A stretch of DNA of 64,000 nucleotides from Escherichia phage vB_EcoM-101112UKE3-1. The notes below the pieces were generated by a model, which worked only from the letters and a program-made list of their open reading frames with translations, did not search any database and was not told the DNA's origin. Each line of letters begins with the position of its first letter. The first letter of the stretch is position 1. The translations under genes were made by a program, and so were the position numbers. This document shows positions 10,802 to 28,833 of this stretch, in pieces. The DNA lies in sequence record MZ234013.1, one strand, 5' to 3'.

Positions 10802-12367
10802 TTAGATACCTTTAACATATACACGGCGGAAGTAAGCATTTTTACCAAGGCTATTCAGAATAGAAGGCATACCGCTCTGGATGCGAGAAGCCGGAGCCTG
10901 AGCAGCGGATTCTGCAAATGGGTTGATACCGATACCGTAACGAGTTTTGAATCCCATTACCGGTTGGAAGTTCTTCGGATCGGAACCACGCAGCGGAGTC
11001 AGAGCTACATATGGAGCGTAGTAAATACCAGCATCCATTTCGTTCGGACCTTTATAACCTACAGTGAAATAATCCTGTTTAGCATACTGGTCGATATATA
11101 CACGGTATTTACCACCCAGAACACCAGCAAATACTGACTTGGTAGTATCAGTGTTAAAGCCGGTAGCCAGACCCTGTGCAGCATAAGAAATGCCGGTATC
11201 AACTGAAGCCAGAACGTTAACTACGTTACGGGAAGCGATAATGAAGTTACCTTCGCCGCGACCAGTCTGACGAGCAATTTCAACTGCTTCTTTGTCAATC
11301 TGGAACAACAGAGCTTTAAAGGATTCACCTGCCCAGCGAGCACCACGAATATCGATTGGGTCCTGGAAGTCAAATACACCAGCTTTAGAACCCGGAGTCA
11401 GGGTCATACCAGATTTACCAACCTGAGCGGAGTAGTTAATCCAATCAACAACTTCGCGGTTGATTTCCAGCATAATTTCTGTAGCCAGAATACCAGACAG
11501 TTCAGCATCAGCATCCATACCATGAACAGCGCGGAGGTCTTGTGCTAATTCAATAGAGTAAGCAGCTTTCAGCTGACGAGATTTAGCTTCGATAACTTGT
11601 TTATCGATACGGAAGCCCATTTCATTCCATGGGTTATCGGTAGAACCGTTGAAACCTTCCTGAAGTTCAGCGATAGAAGTAGCCATACCTTCAGCGATTT
11701 CTACCAGTACACCAGCTTCCATTTGTTTCTTAATTTCAGCATCTAATTTGTCTGCGTCAGATGCGCCTGAATCAATTTGTTTAGCTGCTGTAGCTTGCAG
11801 ATATACAGTACCAGTTTCCTGGAAGAAGTGAGTATAGATATCACCTACTTTGGTTTGTGTGCTAGCAGCCAGAGCTGGGAATTTCTTAGCAGCACCCTGA
11901 CCAGAGAACATTGCATCTGGACCATACATTGGGTGGAATGCTTCTTTAGCATCAGCAGCGATTGGGTCTTTACCATATACTGCACGCAGTGCGAATACCT
12001 GGCCAGTCGGGCTATTCATTGGCTGAACACCACAAATATCGAAAGCAATCAGGTTAGGAATAGCACGACGTACCATACCCATAACAGCTGGGCCAATCTG
12101 AGTTACTGCTCCAGAAGTCTGACCTGCAGCGATGTTGGTAGCATTGTAACCGTGGTCACCACCGATTTCAGCTTCTGTTAAGAAAGAACCGAATGCCTGA
12201 GCAATTTTTTCGTCTTTATATTCCGGAGCTGTCTGGAAATCTTTTTCCTGGTTTTCAAAGATTTTAGCGATAATCGCTTGTTTGCTATTAGCAATTTCCG
12301 GTAAACCTTCACCTTCCAGTAATGGCTTCCATTTGTTCAAAAGTTCAGCTTTAGTTTTGATAGTCAT
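10802..12367 (-). CDS. 23: major capsid protein gp23
   Basis: 521 aa; N-terminus MTIKTKAELLNKWKPLLEGEG matches T4 gp23. Confidence 0.95.
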   Translation of the reverse strand: MTIKTKAELLNKWKPLLEGEGLPEIANSKQAIIAKIFENQEKDFQTAPEYKDEKIAQAFGSFLTEAEIGGDHGYNATNIAAGQTSGAVTQIGPAVMGMVRRAIPNLIAFDICGVQPMNSPTGQVFALRAVYGKDPIAADAKEAFHPMYGPDAMFSGQGAAKKFPALAASTQTKVGDIYTHFFQETGTVYLQATAAKQIDSGASDADKLDAEIKKQMEAGVLVEIAEGMATSIAELQEGFNGSTDNPWNEMGFRIDKQVIEAKSRQLKAAYSIELAQDLRAVHGMDADAELSGILATEIMLEINREVVDWINYSAQVGKSGMTLTPGSKAGVFDFQDPIDIRGARWAGESFKALLFQIDKEAVEIARQTGRGEGNFIIASRNVVNVLASVDTGISYAAQGLATGFNTDTTKSVFAGVLGGKYRVYIDQYAKQDYFTVGYKGPNEMDAGIYYAPYVALTPLRGSDPKNFQPVMGFKTRYGIGINPFAESAAQAPASRIQSGMPSILNSLGKNAYFRRVYVKGI

Positions 12368-12385
12368 TTGTGTTAACCTTTAAAA

Positions 12386-13195
12386 TTAGAAACGAGATGC
12401 GACTTTCGCATATACACTTACAATATCTTCTGCACCTTGTGCAGATTTATCTTCTACAGCTTCAGTGACGAAATTCAGTCCGGCTGCTTCAGTATCAGGA
12501 GTATTTATACTCTCAGTAATAGTGCTTTCATCTTTATTAGATTTCTTCACCATTTCTACGATTGCACTCAATTTACTTGAGAATGCATCTGAATAATCCA
12601 TACCTTCGACCAGAGCAGAGACTTTTTCTTTTTGAGACTCAGTCAGATCTTTAGTACTTTCGCTCAATGCCACTTCACGCTGCACATAATTGATATATGC
12701 GTCACGCTTATTGAGTTCTTCGAACAGACGAGCTGATTCTTCTTTATGTTCTTGCAGTTCTTCTTCCATTTCAGCTACAACATCAACTGATTCTTCTGGA
12801 ACAACAACGTTGTGTTCAACGAAGAGCTCTTTCAATCCACCAAGCATGGATTCAAACAGTTCGGCTTTGATACCTTTATCTACTGCTAATTTATTTTCAG
12901 TGAGCCATTCTTTTGCAAGATGGTCAAGGAATTTAGAAGCTTGCTCAGCGATTTTCTTCTCAGCTTTTTCTTCTGCTTCTTCTTTATTTTTTTCTACTTC
13001 TTCTTCTGCTTTTTCAGCAATTTTAGCGATATGAGATTCAGCTAATTTAACGGCGTGCTGCTTGACGGTAGCTTCGAATACAGTGCCGAAAGTTTCTTTT
13101 GCTTCCGGAGAAATATTAACTGATTCGAAAATACTATCAAGAGCAACGGAAGCATCAATTTTCTGCGCTTCGGCAATCAGTTGTTCTTTAAGCAT
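12386..13195 (-). CDS. 22: prohead core scaffold protein gp22
   Basis: 269 aa, highly charged coiled-coil, same length as T4 gp22. Confidence 0.85.
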   Translation of the reverse strand: MLKEQLIAEAQKIDASVALDSIFESVNISPEAKETFGTVFEATVKQHAVKLAESHIAKIAEKAEEEVEKNKEEAEEKAEKKIAEQASKFLDHLAKEWLTENKLAVDKGIKAELFESMLGGLKELFVEHNVVVPEESVDVVAEMEEELQEHKEESARLFEELNKRDAYINYVQREVALSESTKDLTESQKEKVSALVEGMDYSDAFSSKLSAIVEMVKKSNKDESTITESINTPDTEAAGLNFVTEAVEDKSAQGAEDIVSVYAKVASRF

Positions 13196-13222
13196 TTTGT
13201 AGTCCTGTTGTTTAGATAATAA

Positions 13223-13230
13223 TATTTATA
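13223..13230 (-). promoter_or_regulatory. late promoter box (TATAAATA) for gene 22
   Basis: tatttata about 28 nt upstream of gene 22 ATG. Confidence 0.45.
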
Positions 13231-13864
13231 ACGCTTTTTTCATGGCCTCTGCGAGAGCCATATAGGCGTCATCGGCACTTGTATCGGCTTCCGCCGTCTG
13301 TGATTCGGTAATTTCCTTAGGAGTTACCCATGCATCTGGAGCACTTGGACCCCATACTGCATCAACACCTACAGTTAATTTGAATCCTTCGTTTACGATA
13401 CGATAACCTTTATTTGTGTCAGTCAATGAACCTAATCCACGAGAAGAAACTCCTGGAATCCATCCGGCACGAATATTAGCTGCTAATTTATCTCCAGGAC
13501 CGTGGTCACCTTCAATAACACGAGCTCGTCCGTATACGTCATTTCCTTTCCACCACATATCTTCTATAATGATAGCGGCTTGCATCGGGTCAACATTAGC
13601 GCGTGGAGGATGATTTAATTCTCCGAGAGCTTGTTTAGTTAAAACTTGCTCATTAATATAGTCTTTTACCGCTTTTTCTAATATACGTTTTGGATAAAGA
13701 CGTTTATTTCTATTGACGACTTCCGCTTGCATGAATATTCCTTCGATGTATAAACCCGGTTTTAAACCTAAGTCTTTTCCATCATGAGATTCAAGCATTG
13801 GTACGCCATCAATAATTTCGCCAGGTTGACCCCAAGTTTCAATTAGTAATTGGGGTTCATTCAT
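13226..13864 (-). CDS. 21: prohead core protease gp21
   Basis: 212 aa, same as T4 gp21. Confidence 0.9.
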   Translation of the reverse strand: MNEPQLLIETWGQPGEIIDGVPMLESHDGKDLGLKPGLYIEGIFMQAEVVNRNKRLYPKRILEKAVKDYINEQVLTKQALGELNHPPRANVDPMQAAIIIEDMWWKGNDVYGRARVIEGDHGPGDKLAANIRAGWIPGVSSRGLGSLTDTNKGYRIVNEGFKLTVGVDAVWGPSAPDAWVTPKEITESQTAEADTSADDAYMALAEAMKKAL

Positions 13865-14289
13865 TAGCTTAATCCTAATGCTTTACGGCGTTTAAGAGCT
13901 TTTTTACGCTTACGCTGAGCACGAGATTGACCTGCTGGATTGGCAATCTTCGTTTTGGTAGCTTTACGAGCAATTTGTCTACGTTTTGCTTTAGACAGCC
14001 CAGTGGTTTGAAATGCATTACGTTCACGCGTTTTGCGGTCTTTGGTACGTGTAATTTCACCACGGGCGGAAACATGTTTAACGATAAATTCATTTAGCGG
14101 CATATTTTCATTAATAGAAGCTAATGCAACCGCTAAATCAGTTTCATCATCAAGCATATTCTCGACAATTGTATTTATATCGTCTTTATTTAAAGCAGAA
14201 GACAATTCGTCAAAGCGACCCTGTGCTTCAGGAATAAGTGCTTCGACATTCTCGAGAACTAATTCATGAGTTTCAGGGATCAGAAGCAT
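13864..14289 (-). CDS. 68: prohead core protein gp68
   Basis: 141 aa; synteny and length match T4 gp68. Confidence 0.75.
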
Positions 14290-14515
14290 TATTCATCATC
14301 CTCGTCTTCGTCTTTTTTGTCGTCTTTATCATCACTATCTTCGTCTTCGTCATCATCCTCGTCTTCAGGTTCTTCACCTTCGATTAAGAAATTACGAGCG
14401 ATAGCGATTTTTTCTTCTTTAATTAAATCAATCGTTCTTGCAGCCATGGCTTCAGCAAATAATTTACGAGCGGCTACGAGGTCGTTTGATTTAATAGCTT
14501 CAATTAAACCTTCCA

Positions 14516-14516
<1 letters not shown>
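14289..14516 (-). CDS. 67: prohead core protein gp67 (acidic C-terminal tail)
   Basis: 75 aa with poly-Asp/Glu tail; synteny. Confidence 0.75.
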
Positions 14517-16141
<1,625 letters not shown>

Positions 16142-16173
16142 TTAAGCAGGATGGGGATTTCTCCCCATTCATT

Positions 16174-16665
16174 TTATTCCCAATAATCGAGAGCAAGAGT
16201 TACTTCAAAGGTTTGGATTTCATTGTTTGAATCCCAATCTAATTGAAGCTCACCCACGTTAGTAGGCCACAGACCTTTAATTTCAATTTCTTTTGTTACT
16301 GTTTTAGCATCACGAGCATATTGACGAACAATAGCGCTCTTTTTATACTCTGCAGGTTTTCCACCAGTAATTTCGTTTCCTTGACCAGCAGCAATGCTTT
16401 GCCAATCAACAAACTTCTGGCGAGCATCATGAGCTTCATCGTTCATTACTGTAACAGTCCAGTCATCGAATGTACGATCGCCTGCTACGTTAATTTTACG
16501 GTTCATAAATCCAACTGGAATTTTTTCTACAATACCAGCTGGTAAAGCAGTGGCTTTACATTGGAATGTAAAATTTTGTCCAAGATAAGAAATTTCTACT
16601 TGGAATAAGTTAGGTCGAGCAAAATCACCAGATTCAAACGCTCGTGTTACATCATCTACAAACAT
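16174..16665 (-). CDS. 19: tail tube protein gp19
   Basis: 163 aa, same as T4 gp19. Confidence 0.9.
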   Translation of the reverse strand: MFVDDVTRAFESGDFARPNLFQVEISYLGQNFTFQCKATALPAGIVEKIPVGFMNRKINVAGDRTFDDWTVTVMNDEAHDARQKFVDWQSIAAGQGNEITGGKPAEYKKSAIVRQYARDAKTVTKEIEIKGLWPTNVGELQLDWDSNNEIQTFEVTLALDYWE

Positions 16666-16679
16666 ATTAGCCTCTGTAG

Positions 16680-16687
16680 TATTTATA
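16680..16687 (-). promoter_or_regulatory. late promoter box (TATAAATA) for gene 19; a second box at 16739..16746
   Basis: tatttata at 16680..16687 (GAGG SD follows) and again at 16739..16746. Confidence 0.45.
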
Positions 16688-16772
16688 TCCCTATGTTTAA
16701 CCTAGGGCATATAGAATTAAAGAATTAAGGATATAGTGTATTTATATGGCCTGCCGAAACAGGCCTTTAGAA

Positions 16773-17330
16773 TCATTCTAGTAAATCCCAAAGATCTACG
16801 CTATTTCTTTTTGACTTTTCTCGATTAGATTCCCAAGTGATTATTTCTAAATTTTTTACGCTTGCTATAATTTCCGGCGGAATTAAATTATCAAATCCAT
16901 ATTTGATAGATACTTTATGATCAAGTTGGTAAGCACCTTCTACGCCGCACACTCCTATTTTATCAGCATTCGGCCATTTTGACCAAATTTTTCTTATTTT
17001 AGCTGACTTAGTTATAGAATGAACTCTACTAGCATATAATGCAAACTCTTTTCTTTTACCAGTCCATCGAGGATGTTTATCGCCTCTTTGCCATGGTCTG
17101 CTTATTCCAGATTGAACTTCCGAATTTTTAATAGCAACTTGTTTAATGCTACATTTTCTACATGCATGTGTGGGTGTTCTATTTAAAAGCTGAATGCTTC
17201 TACTAAATTTAATACCACACAAATCACATTTAGCGTCAACCATTTTATTACTATTCTTTGGCATTAATTCTATTGGAACAGATATTGTATCATGGTATGA
17301 TACTTTATATCCCAGAATTGTCGACCACAT
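16773..17330 (-). mobile_element. free-standing HNH homing endonuclease gene inserted between genes 18 and 19
   Basis: Zn-finger-like CDLCG...CRKC plus HNH core (YQLDHKVSIKYG...WESNREKS); track ORF starts at a TTG at 17417 but a GC hairpin lies inside that N-terminus, so first ATG (17330) taken; start uncertain. Confidence 0.65.
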
Positions 17331-17395
17331 TTTTGAATGATTTCTTGGTTTTATTGTAACAAACTTAGAAATAATCACTTGTTTCCTCGAGAATA

Positions 17396-17409
17396 GGGGC
17401 CGAAGCCCC
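17396..17409 (-). other. GC hairpin between gene 18 stop and the HNH gene
   Basis: ggggccgaagcccc; no clear T-tract. Confidence 0.35.
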
Positions 17410-17421
17410 GCAATCAATCAA

Positions 17422-19401
17422 TTAACCTGCAAGACCAGTTAACTCATCGAAATCTGCACCAGTAGCAGTTGCGACGAAATTAAGTTGGATATAATTTATA
17501 CTACGAGCCGGTTGAATGTAGAATGTTGCAACAAACTCATTTCTATCAATTACTGACGGAGTGTTATTTGTTGTATCGCAAACTACACGATATTCATAAA
17601 TTCCACCGAGAGCTTTAATTCCCTGTAAGTATTGGGCAGTTTCTGTGCGGAATGATGAACGAGTAAACGCGTTGTTTAATTCGAACAAACGATATTTTGA
17701 ACTACGTCCGATATTCGTTTTCAACATATTAAACAGACGACGAACGTTAATACGATCAAATGGAGAAGGAACAGAAGTAGCTGTTTTATCACCATACAAT
17801 ACGTAACCATCGCCACCTGTACCAGTTACCGGGTTGATAGCTTCTTGGTATAAACGGTCGCGCTGAGCCTGGCGAGTTTCAATAGCAAGTTTAATAACGT
17901 TAAGAATCTGACCACGATTATAACCAGCTGGAGACATCCAAGTCTGAGATACGTTATCAGTTCTTGCGCATAAACCAGCAATATCAGCTGCTAATGGAAC
18001 CCAACGATTCACATCATTATATTTGTCATACTGATATTTGTAGTTACCATCGATTGCTGCATAGGTTGAACTGATATTAAAGTTATTATCAGTGTATGAA
18101 CCTGCTGCAGTTCTCCAATTGACTAAGTTATCAACAGCACGAGTTACAGGAATTCCAACTACAGTTTCACGCGGAGGAGAGCACAATACTAAGCAATCTT
18201 GGCGAGCATCCCCAATTGAAACGACGTGTTTTTGGACAGTAGATGCTGTTTCTAAAGATTCACCGGCACAAGAACCCGCAATAAACAATTGAACATCAAC
18301 GGATTCACGGTCAGCAAAGAAGTCCCAAGCTTCCATCAAATCTCCTGCTGTTACTTCAGCATTTGATGATAATCCACCAGACAGAGTTAAAATTCCAGAG
18401 AAGCCTTCTGGCCAGTTTTGTGCAGTTGCAAAAATATATTCTGAACCACCTTTTGCGAAAAAGTCATCGATATAGATGTTACTATCGTAAATATCTTTTT
18501 CACCACGCTTAGTTGAAAGAACAACGCTTTGAACAATAGCATCATTACGACGAACTATAATAGCGTACTGTGAATCAGTTTGTGGTCCATATCCAAACAC
18601 TGCTTTAGCAGTAGATGCACGAGTACCACCACCTGGATAAATTGGGAGTAATGCAGAAGCTCCTTTTGCATAGTCAGCTTTAGATACGATTTCAATTTCA
18701 ATTTTATCGCCCAACTCACCTGGATAAAGAGCTACTACTCCTGGAATTCCGTATTTTTCGAGATTTGCTTGAAAGTCAACCGCTGTCATAGCAGCTTCAG
18801 CATTTTCAATTTCAGCTAATAAAATACCAGAATCAGTAATAATTTTTCCAAGAGTTATTACTGCGGCTAAACCAGAGAAAGACGAAGAAATTTCTGCAGT
18901 CCAGTTAGAACCTAGTGTTGGATATTCACCGACTTCTTTCGCTTTAGCGATAATTTTTGCAGTAGGAATATTAATTTTCTTAATTTTTCCATCTGCGTCT
19001 ACTTCAGTAATTTTACCTTCAGTTTCAATATCATCTGAAACATATTTGACCGTGATTTTATCTCCAACCGCATAGTTACTACCTGGGGTAGAAATTGTGT
19101 ATTCAATATTACCAGCAATCGGAGATGAGTTTTTAGCGGTATCTCTATCGACAGCGCGCACAACTCGCAAATCATTTCCATATTGTAAGAAATTCATTGC
19201 AGACATAAAATAGTCAGCAGTTTCAGCTGTAGGTTGACCAAAAGTATTAACTAAATCTACTTCGTTTGTAACCTGTTTAATCTGAAAAGCAGGACCCCAC
19301 TGGAATTTACCGGCCAAAGCTGCTGTACCAGTAGAGTTATTAACCACGGTGCTTTGAACCGTAGTTTCTTTGAGCTCAATGCCCGGAGATAATAAAGTCA
19401 T
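17422..19401 (-). CDS. 18: tail sheath protein gp18
   Basis: 659 aa, same as T4 gp18. Confidence 0.95.
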   Translation of the reverse strand: MTLLSPGIELKETTVQSTVVNNSTGTAALAGKFQWGPAFQIKQVTNEVDLVNTFGQPTAETADYFMSAMNFLQYGNDLRVVRAVDRDTAKNSSPIAGNIEYTISTPGSNYAVGDKITVKYVSDDIETEGKITEVDADGKIKKINIPTAKIIAKAKEVGEYPTLGSNWTAEISSSFSGLAAVITLGKIITDSGILLAEIENAEAAMTAVDFQANLEKYGIPGVVALYPGELGDKIEIEIVSKADYAKGASALLPIYPGGGTRASTAKAVFGYGPQTDSQYAIIVRRNDAIVQSVVLSTKRGEKDIYDSNIYIDDFFAKGGSEYIFATAQNWPEGFSGILTLSGGLSSNAEVTAGDLMEAWDFFADRESVDVQLFIAGSCAGESLETASTVQKHVVSIGDARQDCLVLCSPPRETVVGIPVTRAVDNLVNWRTAAGSYTDNNFNISSTYAAIDGNYKYQYDKYNDVNRWVPLAADIAGLCARTDNVSQTWMSPAGYNRGQILNVIKLAIETRQAQRDRLYQEAINPVTGTGGDGYVLYGDKTATSVPSPFDRINVRRLFNMLKTNIGRSSKYRLFELNNAFTRSSFRTETAQYLQGIKALGGIYEYRVVCDTTNNTPSVIDRNEFVATFYIQPARSINYIQLNFVATATGADFDELTGLAG

Positions 19402-19429
19402 TTTTAATCCTCTTTAATATGCTTTAATA

Positions 19430-22570
<3,141 letters not shown>

Positions 22571-22611
22571 GATTTCTCCTAATCTGGGCTTTAATTAGTT
22601 TATAATATTTA

Positions 22612-25122
<2,511 letters not shown>

Positions 25123-25153
25123 TTAAAATCCTTTGGGGCCTTGCGGCCCCATG

Positions 25154-26611
25154 TTATGCTGGTGATAAAAAGGTAGAAAGTAGTACCCATTCGCCGTCTT
25201 TACGAACGTAAGCTTGGCCATCTTTTGGAGCTTCAGGAATATAACCTGCTTCTTGTAGAGCTTGAACGCTGCTCTGTAAAGAGGATATATTGTCTTTAGC
25301 TGTATTTACTTCATGTGTGACTGCCGCAATGTTAGTTTCATTCGTTTTTATAGAATTAGTTAATCCTCGTTCTTCAACAGTTGATCCGTCAGGATTATTT
25401 CCATTTATAAGTGAAGTAAGTTCAATAACTTGACCTTTAATTCCTGTTCTATTATTTCCTATTTCAACTTGTATATTTTGAACATTATTGTTTAAAACTG
25501 AAACTTCTCCTTCAAGCACTGAAACTTTATTTAATAGAGATCCAGAAGGAGACGGTTGTCCTCCGCTGGAGTCAGTTCCAACAATTTGATTTAACCACGA
25601 AACATTCGCTCTTAAACCAGACGAAGTGTTTTCACCAACAATTCCGTTTAAAGACTCAATAGAAGTTGTGTGATTTTTAATTTTTCCTTTAATACTAGAA
25701 GGAATATCATCTGAACCTATAGAAGTTTCAATAGCCGTTAAGCGCTGTTTAACACCTTCACTCTGATTTAATTCATTATTAATAGCTTCAATGCTACTTT
25801 TGTTATTATTAATTTCTGTTATTATAGAAACATTTTCTGGGTATCCAATAGAAGATTTAATTTCTGCTATATCAGAAATTATTAAAGTTTGTTTATCATC
25901 TATGGTGTTTAATCTATTATAAATATTTGGCCCAAAATCTACTGGTTTATTACCAAGTTCATCACGTAATTTACCAACTTCAACAGTTAATGATCCTACG
26001 TCAGATTCAGTAAATTTATTTTCTAATTCACTTAAACGAATGCCTTGTGAAGATAATAATGTACTATTTGTTATTATTCTGTGTTTCATTCCTGTGCTAG
26101 CATTACCAACAACAGGAAGACCGTTAATGTCTTGGCCAGAATATTGTCCTAATTCCTGTTTAATCCACAATAAATCATTTCTAATTGTTCTATAAACAGA
26201 GTTTTCTTCATCATTAAATGGACCTATATCAGCAATAATTTTGTCAACTGTATTATTAGTTCCAGTTAATATATCAGTGTGTTCACTGGTAAGTGTCTTT
26301 AAATTCGATATGTCATTTTTATTAACACTGATCTGCGATAGTGCTTCTATATCTCCTGATACATCTAAAACTCCTTGAATTGTTTTAATATCTTTCTGTG
26401 ATGTTTCAATGGCAGTTTTAAGAATTCCCACATTTTCATCAAGAACTTCGACGTTTTTAAACACGGAAACAATTGGTCTATTCATTGATCCATCATTTCC
26501 ATACTTAGTACTAGCTCCTAATATTTCTTCACCATTTTTAATCCATGAAATACGTTCCTGACCTTCGTCAGGAACGCTATCAACAAAAGGTAACTCTTTT
26601 AATTCAATCAT
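25154..26611 (-). CDS. wac: fibritin (whisker antigen control, wac)
   Basis: 485 aa coiled-coil with C-terminal foldon-like end ([27 protein letters not shown]). Confidence 0.85.
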   Translation of the reverse strand: MIELKELPFVDSVPDEGQERISWIKNGEEILGASTKYGNDGSMNRPIVSVFKNVEVLDENVGILKTAIETSQKDIKTIQGVLDVSGDIEALSQISVNKNDISNLKTLTSEHTDILTGTNNTVDKIIADIGPFNDEENSVYRTIRNDLLWIKQELGQYSGQDINGLPVVGNASTGMKHRIITNSTLLSSQGIRLSELENKFTESDVGSLTVEVGKLRDELGNKPVDFGPNIYNRLNTIDDKQTLIISDIAEIKSSIGYPENVSIITEINNNKSSIEAINNELNQSEGVKQRLTAIETSIGSDDIPSSIKGKIKNHTTSIESLNGIVGENTSSGLRANVSWLNQIVGTDSSGGQPSPSGSLLNKVSVLEGEVSVLNNNVQNIQVEIGNNRTGIKGQVIELTSLINGNNPDGSTVEERGLTNSIKTNETNIAAVTHEVNTAKDNISSLQSSVQALQEAGYIPEAPKDGQAYVRKDGEWVLLSTFLSPA

Positions 26612-26620
26612 TTGTAATCC

Positions 26621-28177
26621 TTAGTAATGAATTTTAATAATATAGTTTAATGATATATTCCATGGTCTAGTTTCATAACCAATTAACCCTTCGCGATTTA
26701 ACGTGCCGAACGAATCACGAGCCCCACCCATTTCAAATCCGTCGTTAGTAAAGAACAAATGGTTGTCCCAGTCGGCGCTTCTACCATTGCCCAAATATCC
26801 ACTGCCATTAGATGCGCCAAACGGTGCATAACCTCTGTTATTTCCATTTTCCCCCCAGGCGCCAGCATGTTTATGGTATGATATTTGTTGTGCTTGAACA
26901 CCGCCAACATGCATTCCATCGCATCCTACACCAAGTCTATCCTTCCCATAACCATCTTGTCCTCGTTGATTTAAAATATGACCACCGGTGCCCGCTCCTC
27001 TGACGAAAAGACCTCGCATATCAGGAATCCCTGGATTATTCCAATCCCCACCAAATCTTGTTCCAACCGTGTTTCTATAATCAGGATATTGGTCTCCTGA
27101 CACAGTTCCACCATGACACATAATCCAACCTGGAGGTGCTGAATCACCCGCAAACATCATAATAGTTCCAACCGGAACTCGTTCGGACGCATATCTTTCA
27201 GTGGCAACAGGTTGATCGCCATTTTTCCACATTCCACCGCGTGACCAAATTCCATTTGCTGTAAGATGGTCTAAATTTAAAGAACCATTAATAGTTTGTC
27301 CACCACGAGTATTAATTACATCTGCGTTCCAGGCTAATGCCCCAGAGCTATCACCTTCAGGAGCAATACCAGCTTGCGTCGTTAATTTTACTACCCCACG
27401 CATAGAACCGGTAGCTCCTCGACCATTTAGTGTTTCACCTGTTACTGCAACATCCCCCAAATTATTATTAATTTCTGCTTGTGTTCCTAGACGTATAACA
27501 CCCTTATATTCTTGTGTTGCAACAGAATTCATAAAGGTATACGGGGAAATTGCATATCCTTCGCGGAGAGTTCCTTGACGAGTTTGTGCAACAGTAGATA
27601 ATTGAACTACTCCTCTCACAGATTCTGTTGCAGTGTCTTCTGAAGGAGCTATTTGTGAAATTAATTTTATTGCAAGTTTTTGGGTTTTCAGCGGAGTCAT
27701 CGCCGTAGTATCATCAACTCCAGCCAAAGCTGCAGGTGTAGATGATATTTTAATAACCCCGTTTGATGACTCAGACGAATATCTATTTTTGAACACATCG
27801 TCAGTGTGGTATTTCAGTTTTTGTGGTGTTATTGATGAATTATTATCTGAGCCTTTTAATGTTTCTTCATTTGTTGAATAACGCGTTAAACCATATTTAG
27901 TTTCAGTAGCATTTGGATACAATAATCTTGTTGCTAATGTAGCTGGTGTAACGATTTTAGAATTATTAGTTCCATCTAAAACCTCTTGCTCTGACGCAAT
28001 CATTGCTATTCCTTTAACTTCCATAGTTGCATCAGGAATACCATTTACGCCGATATTACTTATTTTTGATAATGCAGACTGCACTGTCGTAACAGTGTCA
28101 GGAAAATTCGATCCAACTGGATCGAATTTAACATATTTTGATTCATTTGATACGTGCTGATATGTATTATTACTCAT
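26621..28177 (-). CDS. 12: short tail fiber protein gp12
   Basis: 518 aa; T4 gp12 is about 527 aa; synteny. Confidence 0.85.
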   Translation of the reverse strand: MSNNTYQHVSNESKYVKFDPVGSNFPDTVTTVQSALSKISNIGVNGIPDATMEVKGIAMIASEQEVLDGTNNSKIVTPATLATRLLYPNATETKYGLTRYSTNEETLKGSDNNSSITPQKLKYHTDDVFKNRYSSESSNGVIKISSTPAALAGVDDTTAMTPLKTQKLAIKLISQIAPSEDTATESVRGVVQLSTVAQTRQGTLREGYAISPYTFMNSVATQEYKGVIRLGTQAEINNNLGDVAVTGETLNGRGATGSMRGVVKLTTQAGIAPEGDSSGALAWNADVINTRGGQTINGSLNLDHLTANGIWSRGGMWKNGDQPVATERYASERVPVGTIMMFAGDSAPPGWIMCHGGTVSGDQYPDYRNTVGTRFGGDWNNPGIPDMRGLFVRGAGTGGHILNQRGQDGYGKDRLGVGCDGMHVGGVQAQQISYHKHAGAWGENGNNRGYAPFGASNGSGYLGNGRSADWDNHLFFTNDGFEMGGARDSFGTLNREGLIGYETRPWNISLNYIIKIHY

Positions 28178-28833
28178 GCTATTCTCTCAAAATAATAAAA
28201 TACTGTAGGTTGTGTGTGACTATCTAACGTGACAGTTTGCGCACCTAATAATTGCCAAGTTCCATATCCAGGTTTAGAAGGAGAAATTATTTCTTGCTTG
28301 AAAGTAATTCCTTTATCAGAGTATTGCTCTAAGATATGTTCTTGGTTATCTAAATACTTAACTTGTATTTTATTTCCTATGGTAGGATGGTCTTCAAATG
28401 AATCAATTGCAATAAATTTTGCAACCATTTCCTGTAGAGCTATTCTAACGGCACTGGTAAATTCAATTGAAGTCATTCCGTTAGTAGCTTTAACTGGAAT
28501 ACCAAACATGTTAACAATAACTGGGTCACCTGGTTTGGCTGAAGTATCAGTAACAGTTCCTTCAAATGACCAATAGTCAGTTTGTTGTACGCCAGTAGGA
28601 GATACGCCGCTTATATTAATTAATACGGCTCCAACCTGTTGCTCTGCCATATTTCTAACATCATTGATAGCAGATTCTACATTTGGGTCATAAAAACCTT
28701 TTGCTATTTGTGAAATTGTTACAGCGCCTACCGGCTGATTATTCATAACCGAAATATCATTTTTCTTAGTTCTAAAACCAAGAAAATCTGCTAAGCGGGA
28801 AATAACTCCCGCTTTATTATTAAGTAAACTCAT
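28174..28833 (-). CDS. 11: baseplate wedge/short-fiber connector gp11
   Basis: Start at [10 protein letters not shown] gives 219 aa as in T4 gp11; ATGA overlap with gene 10 stop. Confidence 0.85.
   Translation of the reverse strand: MSLLNNKAGVISRLADFLGFRTKKNDISVMNNQPVGAVTISQIAKGFYDPNVESAINDVRNMAEQQVGAVLINISGVSPTGVQQTDYWSFEGTVTDTSAKPGDPVIVNMFGIPVKATNGMTSIEFTSAVRIALQEMVAKFIAIDSFEDHPTIGNKIQVKYLDNQEHILEQYSDKGITFKQEIISPSKPGYGTWQLLGAQTVTLDSHTQPTVFYYFERIA

Noticed and set aside
11777-12181. 134 aa plus-strand ORF inside the gene 23 region; similar antisense ORFs at 12690..13034 (in gene 22), 14033..14269 (gene 68), 18092..18292 (gene 18), 33477..33836 (gene 7) and others
   Set aside because: They lie antisense within highly conserved structural genes, have no SD or promoter, and have odd compositions; treated as frame artefacts.
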